From: an uncultured Verrucomicrobiae bacterium
GTDB taxonomy: Bacteria; Verrucomicrobiota; Verrucomicrobiia; Chthoniobacterales; JAFAMB01
Reading direction: 5' to 3'
DNA: 64,000 nt
Assembly: GCA_963813025.1 (NCBI GenBank)
Contig: CAWEXO010000004.1
Coordinates: forward strand, 32,001 to 96,000
The notes under the pieces are model-generated. The model did no database searches. It was not told the DNA's origin and saw only the letters and a list, made by a program, of their open reading frames with translations. Both the position numbers and the translations under genes were made by a program. Shown here one piece after another: positions 1 through 9,988 of the stretch; positions within the stretch are counted from its first letter, which is position 1; each line of letters starts with the position of its first letter.

Positions 1-2742
1 TTCGCGGGGCGGGCGATTGATCCAAAGCGACAGCCGCGGGCTGAAAGCCCAAAGCAGGAGAATGGGAGAGGCGATAAGGAAAGAATGCGGATAGAGCCAG
101 GCAAGTAGCAGTCCGATAAAGATAGAGACGGCCGGCACTACACTGAGATAGCGATCTACGGCGGTAATTTTGTGGCCGGCTTCGGCTTCGGCTGCGGTCT
201 CCCATTCCAGCAGGCGTTTGCGTGTGACAAAACTGCGGACCAGCGTGCGGACAATTGCGTCGATCGAAAGCAAGGCCTGCTGCGGGAGGAAAGCCAACGT
301 GAGCAAGCCTATGGCCTGACTGGAATAGAACCTTTCAAGTCCGTCTACGAGGACGGCACTTCTCGACGCGGCAAATGCGGCTCGAATGAGCGAGAACAGT
401 AACTGGACATAGCTCGGCAGGAAGAGAAGTACCAACGTGGCCAGCGTCCAGAATACCGGACCGCGCGGCAGGCCAAACCAACCGGCTAGAAAGAGGGCAA
501 ACGTTGCCGGCTCAACCAGGCTGCGGCGCAGATTGTCGAGTATTTTCCATCGCGAGGCAGTGGAGATCGGGTTAGAGACGAGATGACCCGACTCGTCTGG
601 TACTCGCCCAAACAGCCACCGTACAATTTGCCAATCGCCGCGCACCCAGCGATGCTTGCGGCGACTGTAGGCGCTGACGTGCGAAGGATAATCATCAATC
701 ACTTGGACATCGGTCACCAGCCCGGCGCGGGCATAGAAGCCTTCGATCAGGTCGTGGCTGAGCAGGAAATTGCGCGGGAAACGTCGGTCGAGCACCTGAT
801 GCAATACATCGACTTCGTAGAGACCTTTGCCGGTAAAAATCCCTTCACCGTATAGATCCTGGTAAACATCAGAGACAGCGTTCGAGTAGACATCAAGCCC
901 GGTCTGCCCGGAATACAAGTTGGCCAACCGTGAGCGGGAGGCAGATTGGACGCTTACGCCCACGCGCGGCTGGAGAATGCCATAACCGGCACGAACGATA
1001 CGGCGAACAGGGTCAATGATGGCGCGATTCAGAGGGTGACAAATTGTGCCGACCAACTGCGCAGCGACGCCGGGCGGTAATTGAGTATCCGAATCGAGTG
1101 TCAGGACGTACTTTACTTTTGGCAGTATCGATAGATCGCCTACTCGGACGGGAAAACTATCATTGTGGCCTCGCAGCAGCTTGTCTAGATCAAGCAGCTT
1201 GCCGCGTTTGCGCTCCCAGCCCATCCACACTCCTTGCTTCGGATTGAAAATGCGATGCCGGTGCAGCAAAAGAAATGATCCGGAATCCGGGTACTTACGA
1301 TTCAGATCGAGAATGAGCTGTGCAGCAAGCTCGACCAGGGGATGCGCATCGGGCTCGCGCGGCTCTTCAACCGAATCAGGCAGATCGGTCAAAAGCGCAA
1401 AGTGGAGATTGTTGTCACGATTCCCCAGGTAGCGGACCTCGATATCGTTGACCAGCTTCCGCGTCTGCTTTTCGTTGAGCAGCAGTGCCGGAACCGCAAC
1501 AAGAGTTGTGGCCCCAAGAGGTAGGCCGTCGCTGTAGTCGAGCTTCGGCAGCGGCACCGCGTTAAAGAGCGCGGTCACGAGATGGTTAACGAGCTCGACA
1601 GCGCCTTGCGAAGCCGGGATCAGAGTGAACAGAAACGCCAGCCCAAGCCCGAGCACCGGATAGTCATCGGCCAAGCCCGGGACCAGGATGATCCCGATGA
1701 AAACGATCGAGACCACTAAAATGGCGCCGATGAAGAAGCCGTCGGCGTGCCCTTTTACGAGACCGCGAATCCAATCGATCCACGAGGGATAGTATCCAAC
1801 GCGAGCGAACAGTGCTTCGCGGCCCTCGGCGATCAAGTAATAGCCGACATGCGCTCGGCGCGCGTGAGTGCGGTCCTGGGTGATTGGTTCGGCTTTTGCC
1901 TTTGTGGCGAGATCCGCTGCTGTTGCTGCAATATCGGCCTCGGAGAGTTCGGAACGCTGGGCAATTTCGGCGACTGCGCGACGATACTCTTCACGACTGG
2001 CATAGTCCATCCGGCGATAGACAGCGTCCTTGCGGAGGATCTGGTCGATTACAATCAGAGGCTCGAGCAGGTCGCGCCAGCCGGTAATCGAGAGAGCCTG
2101 CAGGCTGCGCATCAGGCAAGGGATGCGCACAATCTGTTCATCAGTGGCCTTGCCTTGAATCAGCGCGTTAGCCGCTGGCACAAGCTTTTCGAGAATGGCT
2201 TGCTTTAAAGCCGGCGGAAACACGAACAGCTCCCGCAATGCGAGCGGTTGCAGCTTCTGGAATTCTTCGATGTAGGCGGTGAATCCGGGTTCCGACCACT
2301 GGTCATGGAGTGCTCCGAGCAAGTTACGGGAGAGAGCTACGACACGGGGATGCTCCCGAGCGCCAGTGCGCACGCAGGGGACGCGATTCAATTCTCGTTC
2401 TGAGCCGGTTATTTCCAGCATGGCTCCACGTAAAAGGCCAGGATTTTCCTTTAACCAAAGCCCGGCGATGGTTAATTTATCCGCTTGGCTATTTTCCTTG
2501 GCCGGCTGGCCTGCAGCCCCCTGTTCCAGATCGCTCAATAGCTGAACTATCATCGCTTGCGTTCTGGCCCACTCTGACTTCCAGGACTCTGGATTTTGTG
2601 GTTGGCGAAGCGCCTGACAGGTGTTCGCGGCCTTGGAGGCTTTCTGCCGCACATCGATTTCATTAATCTGAAGCTGCGCTTCAGATTTCTTTTCGGCTCG
2701 CGCGGCGGCCGGACGCCCAACATCGAATGTAGAGTTAATCAT
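1..2742 (-). CDS. ndvB: Cyclic beta-1,2-glucan synthetase (Cgs/NdvB/ChvB family), N-terminal ~914 aa; runs off the window
   Basis: Absent from the ORF track because its stop lies outside the window. Manual minus-strand translation from ATG 2742 gives WMGWERKRGK (~1200-1227), RRKHRWVRGDWQI (~625-663) and LLEWETAA (~190-213), all in one frame. Start codon is approximate. Confidence 0.88.
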   Translation of the reverse strand, partial: MINSTFDVGRPAAARAEKKSEAQLQINEIDVRQKASKAANTCQALRQPQNPESWKSEWARTQAMIVQLLSDLEQGAAGQPAKENSQADKLTIAGLWLKENPGLLRGAMLEITGSERELNRVPCVRTGAREHPRVVALSRNLLGALHDQWSEPGFTAYIEEFQKLQPLALRELFVFPPALKQAILEKLVPAANALIQGKATDEQIVRIPCLMRSLQALSITGWRDLLEPLIVIDQILRKDAVYRRMDYASREEYRRAVAEIAQRSELSEADIAATAADLATKAKAEPITQDRTHARRAHVGYYLIAEGREALFARVGYYPSWIDWIRGLVKGHADGFFIGAILVVSIVFIGIILVPGLADDYPVLGLGLAFLFTLIPASQGAVELVNHLVTALFNAVPLPKLDYSDGLPLGATTLVAVPALLLNEKQTRKLVNDIEVRYLGNRDNNLHFALLTDLPDSVEEPREPDAHPLVELAAQLILDLNRKYPDSGSFLLLHRHRIFNPKQGVWMGWERKRGKLLDLDKLLRGHNDSFPVRVGDLSILPKVKYVLTLDSDTQLPPGVAAQLVGTICHPLNRAIIDPVRRIVRAGYGILQPRVGVSVQSASRSRLANLYSGQTGLDVYSNAVSDVYQDLYGEGIFTGKGLYEVDVLHQVLDRRFPRNFLLSHDLIEGFYARAGLVTDVQVIDDYPSHVSAYSRRKHRWVRGDWQIVRWLFGRVPDESGHLVSNPISTASRWKILDNLRRSLVEPATFALFLAGWFGLPRGPVFWTLATLVLLFLPSYVQLLFSLIRAAFAASRSAVLVDGLERFYSSQAIGLLTLAFLPQQALLSIDAIVRTLVRSFVTRKRLLEWETAAEAEAGHKITAVDRYLSVVPAVSIFIGLLLAWLYPHSFLIASPILLLWAFSPRLSLWINRPPRE

Positions 2743-2770
2743 TGCGTTTGATCGTGACGGAGCGGCCGTC

Positions 2771-4606
2771 TTATCGATAACTTGCCGCCTGCATTTCAAA
2801 CATGGTGGCGTATCGTCCGCCGCTAGCTAGGAGTTGCGCATGTGTTCCTTCTTCCACGAGTTTTCCACCTTCGAGTACGACTATTCGATCCGCCATGCGC
2901 ACTGTTGAAAAACGATGTGAGATCAGAAGCGCCATCTTACCAGCGGTGAGTTCTGCAAAACGCTCGAAGACTTGAAGTTCGCTTTTGGCATCGAGTGCTG
3001 CTGTGGGCTCATCCAGAATCAGAAGCTGCGCGTCCCGGAGATAGGCTCGCGCCAGCGCCAGGCGTTGCCATTCGCCCGCAGAGAGATCGACGCCGCCTTC
3101 AAACCGTCGGCCCAACATCTGGTCGTAGCGTTCCGGAAGCTTCCGAATCACCTGCGAGGCCTGGCTTTTTCGGGCAGCTTCCTCGATGGATGCAAACCGG
3201 ATGGACTCAAGGGATGCGTTGCCGTCCACACGTCCGACGACAATGTTTTCTCGCGCTGTCATCTCGTACCGCATGAAGTCCTGAAATATCACGCCAATTT
3301 CGTGATGCAGATCCTCGATGGAATAATCGCGCAAATCGACACCGTCGAGCAGGATTTGACCCTCGGTGACATCGTAGAGGCGGGTAATGAGCTTGACGAC
3401 CGTGGTCTTTCCCTCCCCATTCTCTCCGATCAGCGCAATCCGCTCACCCGGCGCGAAGACAAAGTTGAAATTCCTTAGTATATAGCGATCGGTTCCTGGA
3501 TAGGTAAATGAGACATTGCGAAACTCAAAGCCTGCCCGAATCGGACGAGGTGCCGGAAGTGCGTCCGGCTTGGATCGCAACGTCGGCTTCATTTCGAAAA
3601 AGGCGATCAAATCGGTCAGAAACAATGCCTGGTCGGCGATGCCTGAAGCGGTGGAGAATGCCTGCTGCAAATTCGAACTGGCTTGCTGAATTGCCGTGGT
3701 CAAAAGGGTGAAGATGCCGATGTTATAGTCACCATGCAACGCCCGCCAGATCACGAAGGCGTATGAGCCGTAGTAACCCAAAGTGCCCACCAGGGCGAGC
3801 GAGCCTCCCCAAAAGAGCTTGCGCCGGGAAAGCGCGACATTTTCTTCACAAATCCTTTGGGAGATCTCACGGAAGCGTCCTGTCAGGAAGCCGCTCAGAC
3901 CAAACACCTTGAGTTCTTTCGCTCCTTCGCGGCTGCCAGCAACCTGCCGCAGGTAGTCCATCTGTCGCTTGGATGGTGTCTGACGGAAATTCTTGGCATA
4001 GCCAAGGAAGGCATAATGGGTTTCGCCGAGAAAGGATGGAAGGACGCCCGCTGCCATCAGCAGTAAGAGCCACGGCGAGGATCGCAGTAGCAAGCCAGTA
4101 AAGGCCAGAGTAGTGACCGATTGCTGCAACAGGCGGCCCATCTGCTGGATCATCGCCAGCCTGTCGGTGGCTTGCACGCGGGCGCGCTCCAGGCGGTCAT
4201 AAAAAATGGGGTCCTCGTAGGTAGTCAGATCGAGCTTCGAGGCCTGATCCATGACCCGGATGCTGACATAGTGCGTGTAGCGATCCGCAAGCACGGAATC
4301 GAGATAGTCGATGATGCGCAGTAAGGCTGCCATGGTCACAGCTAGAACCACTTCCAGCGCTACCATCCACCAGAAATGCGGGCGGAGTTCCTGACCCATA
4401 ATGCGACCTTGCACGCCGTTGACGATCCAGGCAGCAACCGCGGCGATTCCCAGGGGCGCAAAAGCCACGATGATGCGAAGAAGAATGCCCCAGGTAACGA
4501 CTGAGGGACCGGAGTCCCACAAGATTCGTAGGAGGGGAGGAAGATTGCGCAAGGCGCGCACGCGATCTCCCCATGCACTGCTGACTTTTTGTTTGGCTTC
4601 AGGCAT
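2771..4606 (-). CDS. ABC exporter, fused permease/ATPase (611 aa)
   Basis: N-terminal TM helices; Walker A GENGEGKTT, signature-like LSAGEWQR, Walker B LLILDEPT, H-loop SHRFST. Confidence 0.93.
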   Translation of the reverse strand: MPEAKQKVSSAWGDRVRALRNLPPLLRILWDSGPSVVTWGILLRIIVAFAPLGIAAVAAWIVNGVQGRIMGQELRPHFWWMVALEVVLAVTMAALLRIIDYLDSVLADRYTHYVSIRVMDQASKLDLTTYEDPIFYDRLERARVQATDRLAMIQQMGRLLQQSVTTLAFTGLLLRSSPWLLLLMAAGVLPSFLGETHYAFLGYAKNFRQTPSKRQMDYLRQVAGSREGAKELKVFGLSGFLTGRFREISQRICEENVALSRRKLFWGGSLALVGTLGYYGSYAFVIWRALHGDYNIGIFTLLTTAIQQASSNLQQAFSTASGIADQALFLTDLIAFFEMKPTLRSKPDALPAPRPIRAGFEFRNVSFTYPGTDRYILRNFNFVFAPGERIALIGENGEGKTTVVKLITRLYDVTEGQILLDGVDLRDYSIEDLHHEIGVIFQDFMRYEMTARENIVVGRVDGNASLESIRFASIEEAARKSQASQVIRKLPERYDQMLGRRFEGGVDLSAGEWQRLALARAYLRDAQLLILDEPTAALDAKSELQVFERFAELTAGKMALLISHRFSTVRMADRIVVLEGGKLVEEGTHAQLLASGGRYATMFEMQAASYR

Positions 4607-5356
4607 TAAAATCTATGATGCTGTACGCTCGGCCAGGGCCGCGCCCGATTGGTTTCAGATCACCTGCGCCTCTTCCATCCATGCGCAGCGGTAGATGACA
4701 GGATATTCGAGATTAGGCCGGATCCGACGGCGGCCGGAGCGCGCCTTTTACAAGGTCGATGGCGCGCAGCATCTCTGCGAGGATCTCGGCGATGCTCGCT
4801 CTTTTGACAATGTGTGTTTGAGCCAAGCTGCGGATGCGAGCATTGGACGAAAGGTGGACTAGGCTGTTTGTTTCTAAGCTGACCCGATTGTTGCCTCAAG
4901 TTGCTGAGGCGACACCGGCTTTACCAGATGGACCCGGAACTCGGTGGCATGGCTGCGTCCGACAGCTTCCTGCAGCCTGACCGAAAAATTACGGGACTTA
5001 AACGCGGCAAGCGCATTCAACACAATGTCCATCGTATCGGCGTCGCAGGGGAAATCTAGTGGAAATCCTAGTAAAAGGTGCCTGATACCTCGATCAGGGA
5101 TCCACCCGATCTCATTTGATGATGACGCCCTATTAACACAGCCCCGAATCAGGCTGCAAAATTGATGTGAGGAGCGCCTGCCTGAACTATTCCTCGCTAG
5201 TGCTCAGAGACGGCATCGACCGAATTATTCTCAAGGATTTCTCTTCTTTGTGATCTTTGCGCGCTTCTGTTAGATCTCTTCGGTGTTCTCGATTCCTGCC
5301 GTGATCTTCGTATCCTTCTGTGCAAGGTCCGTTTTGATGTTGCCTGCGGGCCCAGA

Positions 5357-5420
5357 CGCGCGACGCGCAACTCGGGACACACAACACGCAACGCGCAACG
5401 CGGGACACGCAACTCGCGAC
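5357..5420. repeat. Degenerate heptamer tandem repeat (ACGCGCA/ACACGCA-like)
   Basis: cgacgcgcaactcgggacacacaacacgcaacgcgcaacgcgggacacgcaactcgcgac directly upstream of hddA. Confidence 0.6.
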
Positions 5421-5424
5421 TAGT

Positions 5425-6408
5425 ATGATCATCACCCGTTCCCCGTTACGGATTTCTCTCGGAGGCGGAGGTACTGACCTGCCTTCCTACTACGAAGAGT
5501 ACTCCGGATTTTTGATTGCCGCCGCGATCGACAAGTACGTCTACATCACGCTGCATCGTACGTTCGTCCAGGAACTGATTATCAAGTACTCGAAGATGGA
5601 ACGGGTCAAAACAGTGGAGGAAGTCGAACACCCAATCATCCGCGAAGCGCTCAAGGTGGTTGGCGTTTCCGCGCCTTTTCTGGAGGTTTCCTCTTTGGCC
5701 GATATCCCAGCCGGGACCGGGCTCGGTTCTTCCGGAAGTTTTACCACGGCGCTGCTGAAAGCGCTGCACGCTTGGAAAATGAACCTGGTTCATCCGGCCG
5801 CGCTCGCTGAACAGGCCTGCGATATTGAGATCAATCGGTTAGGCGAACCAGTTGGAAAACAGGACCAGTACATTGCGGCTTATGGCGGGATTACGTGCTT
5901 TACGTTTATGCCGGATGGACGCGTTGACGCCTGGCCGCTCAAGATAGACCAGGAAACGCTTTACAATTTAGAGGACAATCTGCTCCTTTTTTTTACCGGC
6001 TACTCACGGGCTGCTGCCACCATCCTGAAAGAGCAGAAACAAAAGTCCTTAGCCTCGGAAAAGGCGATGATTGAAAACCTGCATTTCGTCAAGGATCTGG
6101 GGAAACAGAGCCAGCGAGCGCTCGAGGCCGGTAACTTGGAAGAGTTTGCCCGGTTGATGGATGTGCATTGGCAGCGCAAGAAAGAGCGTTCCAATGACAT
6201 GTCCAATCAGCAGATTAACGAATGGTACGACCACGCGATGGCCAGCGGAGCGCTCGGGGGAAAGCTGATCGGTGCCGGGGGAGGTGGATTTCTCATGTTT
6301 TATGCTGCGGACAAAACAAAGCTCCGGCGCGCGATGCGCGAAAAAGGTCTGACTGAGGTCCGTTTTCGTTTCGATTTCGAGGGTACCAAGGTCGTGATTC
6401 AATCCTGA
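5425..6408 (+). CDS. hddA: GHMP kinase, D-glycero-alpha-D-manno-heptose-7-phosphate kinase
   Basis: PLRISLGGGGTD, PAGTGLGSS, GKQDQY and GAGGGGF motifs; heptose pathway neighbours. Confidence 0.85.
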   Translation: MIITRSPLRISLGGGGTDLPSYYEEYSGFLIAAAIDKYVYITLHRTFVQELIIKYSKMERVKTVEEVEHPIIREALKVVGVSAPFLEVSSLADIPAGTGLGSSGSFTTALLKALHAWKMNLVHPAALAEQACDIEINRLGEPVGKQDQYIAAYGGITCFTFMPDGRVDAWPLKIDQETLYNLEDNLLLFFTGYSRAAATILKEQKQKSLASEKAMIENLHFVKDLGKQSQRALEAGNLEEFARLMDVHWQRKKERSNDMSNQQINEWYDHAMASGALGGKLIGAGGGGFLMFYAADKTKLRRAMREKGLTEVRFRFDFEGTKVVIQS

Positions 6409-6420
6409 TTTTTCCCGAAA

Positions 6421-6667
6421 CCGCGAGAGCTAGAGATCGTCTCAGAATGCCCCACTGTCCTGTGGCGGTAGGGCGAAAATTTATTCGAGCCTTAGCGAGA
6501 ACTTGTTTGAGCCGGACGCTTGGGTGAGCCACCCCTCCAGATGGCTCAAACACAAGTTTTCGCCCTACCGGCGCACGGCCAAAGACGCCTTGGGACATCC
6601 CTCGAACCCTCCCTTCCGAACCATGGCTCGATTGCGCGCTACAGATTGCCCAAGGTCCGATAGACCC
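6421..6667. repeat. Composite REP-doublet/MITE-like repeat (family A), uninterrupted copy
   Basis: CGGTAGGGCGAAAATTTATTCGAGCC (6466) with inverted arm GGCTCAAACACAAGTTTTCGCCCTACCGG (~6543-6571); homologous to the copies at 9824, 12026-15195, 17801, 22216, 22500 and 63560. Confidence 0.9.
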
Positions 6668-6758
6668 GAGAACGCCCGTGACTCCGCATGCTGCCGGTCA
6701 GCCCTGGCGCCGAGGCGGCTTGCAACATGGGAGACTGTATGGGAGGTGCTCTCTTGGA

Positions 6759-7499
6759 ATGATTGAACCGGAGCCGCTGCCAGAGCCAGAGTCGCTGACA
6801 GCGGTCATTCTCGCCGGGGGATACGCTACCCGATTGCGTCCGAAAACCGAAAAAGTCCCGAAAGCTCTCATTGAGGTTGCCGGAAAGCCGTTTCTTGAAC
6901 ATCAGCTTGAGATGCTCCGGCGACAGGGCATCCGGCGCGTTGTCCTCTGTGTCGGTTATCTAGGCGAGATGATTCAGGATAAATATGGTTCAGGAGCCGC
7001 GATCGGGGTGGACCTGCTGTACTCCTATGATGGGGACCAGTTGCTCGGAACTGGCGGAGCGATTAAAAAAGCGATCCCTCTTTTGCCGGAGAGCTTTTTT
7101 GTGCTTTACGGCGACTCTTATCTGCCGATCGATTATCAAGCGGTCGCTAACGCGTTTTACGTTTCGGAAAAGTCCGCTCTCATGACTGTTTTCCAGAACC
7201 GCGACAGCTGGGAAGCAAGTAATGTCTGGTTCGCCGATTCCCGCGTGCGTCTTTACAGCAAGGAACGGCGGATGCCCCAAATGCAATACATCGATTATGG
7301 ATTAAGTGTTTGCCGTCGGGAAATTTTCGAGGACTACCCGTCCTCAAGTGCTTTCGATCTCGCCTCGATCCTGGAGTCACTGTCGGAACAGGGCGAGCTT
7401 GCCGGACATGAAGTTTTTCACCGGTTCTATGAAATCGGCTCTCTCTCTGGATTAGCCGAGCTCGACGAGCTTCTCCGCGATCGCAGGATCTCCACCTGA
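6759..7499 (+). CDS. hddC: Nucleotidyltransferase, heptose-1-phosphate guanylyltransferase-like
   Basis: ILAGGYATRL, PKAL, LGTGGA and YGDSY motifs; start chosen at ATG 6759 after GGAGG. Confidence 0.8.
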   Translation: MIEPEPLPEPESLTAVILAGGYATRLRPKTEKVPKALIEVAGKPFLEHQLEMLRRQGIRRVVLCVGYLGEMIQDKYGSGAAIGVDLLYSYDGDQLLGTGGAIKKAIPLLPESFFVLYGDSYLPIDYQAVANAFYVSEKSALMTVFQNRDSWEASNVWFADSRVRLYSKERRMPQMQYIDYGLSVCRREIFEDYPSSSAFDLASILESLSEQGELAGHEVFHRFYEIGSLSGLAELDELLRDRRIST

Positions 7500-7525
7500 T
7501 CCAACTTTCGGCCGCAAATCCTGAA

Positions 7526-8179
7526 ATGTCCTATTCCGCTCAACATTTGGCCGAGGCCGGCGACATCATCGTCCGGCTCGATCCGGCCACTCTCGAAAAG
7601 ATGGTCGAGCACCTTTTACGGATCCGGGACCAGGGTGGGCGCCTCTTCTTTCTCGGTGTCGGAGGGAGTGCGGCGAATGCATCGCACGCCGTTAATGATT
7701 TCCGCAAGATCGCTGGCTTTGAAGCCTATGCTCCGACTGACAATGTCTCGGAGCTGACCGCGCGGACAAATGACGAAGGATGGCAGTCCGTGTTTGTCGA
7801 ATGGCTCCGAGGCAGTCGCTTAAGAAGAGAAGATGGCCTGTTCGTCTTTTCCGTTGGCGGCGGCAGCCTGGAAAAGAACGTTAGCCCCAATCTGGTCTCC
7901 GCCCTGGAGTTTGCTAAGGAAGTCGGTGCTACCGTTTTCGGCATTGTCGGCCGGGACGGTGGCTACACCGCGAAAGTCGCCGATGTTTGTTGCATTGTTC
8001 CGACGGTGAATCCCCAAAATGTCACGCCTCACGCGGAGGCGTTTCAGGCGGTGATCTGGCATTTGCTGGTCTCTCATCCGAAACTCAAGCTGCAACAAAC
8101 CAAATGGGAAAGGGCGGAAAGCGGAGGGAGCTGTGGGAGCGCGGAAAGCGGCGGGAGCGGCCTCAGCGGAGGGAGGTAG
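7526..8179 (+). CDS. gmhA: SIS-domain phosphoheptose isomerase
   Basis: GVGGSAANASH, TARTND and PHAEAFQ motifs; low-complexity tail derived from a repeat. Confidence 0.85.
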   Translation: MSYSAQHLAEAGDIIVRLDPATLEKMVEHLLRIRDQGGRLFFLGVGGSAANASHAVNDFRKIAGFEAYAPTDNVSELTARTNDEGWQSVFVEWLRGSRLRREDGLFVFSVGGGSLEKNVSPNLVSALEFAKEVGATVFGIVGRDGGYTAKVADVCCIVPTVNPQNVTPHAEAFQAVIWHLLVSHPKLKLQQTKWERAESGGSCGSAESGGSGLSGGR

Positions 8180-8397
8180 CTGGAGAGTGCGCAGCTGATA
8201 GGATGCAGAAAGCAAAGATGCGCGAACCTCCTCAATCACCTGCGAACGAGAGAGATATGATCAGCGAGGCCGCGCCTCAGCATGACGAGATTTACAGGAA
8301 AAAGGCGCGTTGGAGATATGGCCTAACACTTGGTCAGCGGCCCTCGCTGTACAGAGTCCTTGAAAGGCGAAGAATAGAATAAGGGGAAAAGATCCGC

Positions 8398-9003
8398 GTG
8401 AAGAAACGTGATTCATCTACGCCGAACTTCAGTGTCAAGGACTCTAGATCGAGAACTGAGCGGAGAGCGGTTTTCCTGGATCGCGATGGCGTGATCAACC
8501 GACCGATCGTGCGCGAAGGAAAGCCATATCCTCCTACGACGGTGGAGCAGTTTGAGATCTTGCCAGGGGTGCCGGAAGGCTGCCAGAGATTGCACGATGC
8601 AGGCTTTTTGTTGATCGTTGCGACCAACCAGCCGGATGTTGGACGAGGCAACTTGGAGCGTTCAAGGGTGGAGGAGATCCATGCGGCGATGCTCAAGTCG
8701 GTACCGATCGATCAGGTGCTCGTATGCTATCACGCAGGCGAAGCTTTCGGGGAGAGCTGCAATTGTCGCAAACCGAAACCCGGTATGCTCTTGAGCGCGG
8801 CCAAAGCATTTGGGATTGACCTCGCGCAATCTTTCATGATTGGTGATCGATGGCGCGATATGGAGTGCGGACGTCGCGCCGGCTGCCGAACCATTTTCGT
8901 AGACTGGGATTATCGGGAGGTCTGCGCTGAGGAGCCGAATTATCGAGTGTCAAATCTGATGGAAGCGGCAGAGATCGTCGTTTCGAACTCGGCCCAACAG
9001 TGA
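8398..9003 (+). CDS. gmhB: HAD-IIIA heptose-1,7-bisphosphate phosphatase
   Basis: FLDRDGVIN, ATNQ, CNCRKPKPGM and MIGDRWRD motifs. Confidence 0.9.
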   Translation: MKKRDSSTPNFSVKDSRSRTERRAVFLDRDGVINRPIVREGKPYPPTTVEQFEILPGVPEGCQRLHDAGFLLIVATNQPDVGRGNLERSRVEEIHAAMLKSVPIDQVLVCYHAGEAFGESCNCRKPKPGMLLSAAKAFGIDLAQSFMIGDRWRDMECGRRAGCRTIFVDWDYREVCAEEPNYRVSNLMEAAEIVVSNSAQQ

Positions 9004-9719
9004 AAACGATTGAAAATCTCGCGGTAAAGATCTTTGCGGACGGCGCGGATCGAGCTGGAATGATCAGCCTCTATCGCAATCCGTTGATCAAAGGTCTGAC
9101 AACTAATCCTACCTTGATGCGCAAGGCAGGCGTTCAGGATTTTGAGCGGTTTGCCCGACAAATTCTCGAGACTGTTCGGGACAAACCGATTTCCTTTGAG
9201 GTCTTTTCGGATGACTTCGCGGAGATGAAGAGGCAGGCGCTGAAGATTCGGGATTGGCAACGGAATGTTTTCGTAAAGATCCCGGTGACGAATTCCCACG
9301 GCGATTCCTCCATTCCGCTGATCCAAGAGTTGGCGCGGGAAGGTGTGCAACTGAATATCACGGCAATCCTGACTTTGCGCCAGGTGAAGGAGGTAACCAC
9401 CGTCCTCGCTTCCGAGGTAGCAGCGGTGGTGTCGGTCTTCGCAGGTCGCGTCGCTGATACCGGACGCGACCCGGCTCCAATCATGCGGGCGAGCAAGGCG
9501 CTGCTCGCAGACTTGCCGCGGGCCGAGCTTCTTTGGGCGAGCGTGCGCGAAGTTTTGAACATCGTGCAGGCCGACGAGTGCGGCAGTGACATTGTCACGG
9601 TTCCACACGATATTTTGAACAAGGCACAAAAGCTGATTGGACAAGACTTGGACGCGCTCTCTGTTGACACCGTCCGGATGTTCGCGCGAGACGCTCGCGA
9701 GGCCGGTTTTATCTTGTAA
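9000..9719 (+). CDS. tal: Transaldolase (FSA/TalC-type)
   Basis: GLTTNPTL, VKIP, LNITAI and SVFAGR motifs; GTGA overlap with gmhB. Confidence 0.9.
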   Translation: MKTIENLAVKIFADGADRAGMISLYRNPLIKGLTTNPTLMRKAGVQDFERFARQILETVRDKPISFEVFSDDFAEMKRQALKIRDWQRNVFVKIPVTNSHGDSSIPLIQELAREGVQLNITAILTLRQVKEVTTVLASEVAAVVSVFAGRVADTGRDPAPIMRASKALLADLPRAELLWASVREVLNIVQADECGSDIVTVPHDILNKAQKLIGQDLDALSVDTVRMFARDAREAGFIL

Positions 9720-9823
9720 GCGTTTTCACGTTTCCGGTTTCGCGTTTGTGACGGGAGAAGGGTTTTCCTGTGATTAATCTACGAGGAGCTGAACAGTTTG
9801 ATTTGAAGATTCACTGGCAGAGT

Positions 9824-9955
9824 GGGCGTGTCGGACATTGGAAATCTGTAGTACGCCATCAAGCGATTGATCGCGCGAGAGTTAGAGACCGTCTCAGAAC
9901 GCCGCTCTGCCCTACCGGCGCAGGACCAAGGACGCGTTGGGACCTCCCTCTAACG
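9824..9955. repeat. Internally deleted family A repeat
   Basis: GGGCGTGTCGGACATTGGAAATCTG...GTTAGAGACCGTCTCAGAA...CCCTACCGGCGCA; matches the reverse complement of ~15100-15195. Confidence 0.75.
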
Positions 9956-9988
9956 TGTCAAGCGTTGCAAGACATTTTCCAGGAAATC

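Noticed and set aside
4607..5350. Short ORFs or a riboswitch between the ABC exporter and hddA
   Set aside because: No recognisable protein or RNA motif; an Rfam/tBLASTn search would be needed
8203..8382. 59-aa ORF between gmhA and gmhB
   Set aside because: No motif and it directly follows a repeat, so it cannot be supported
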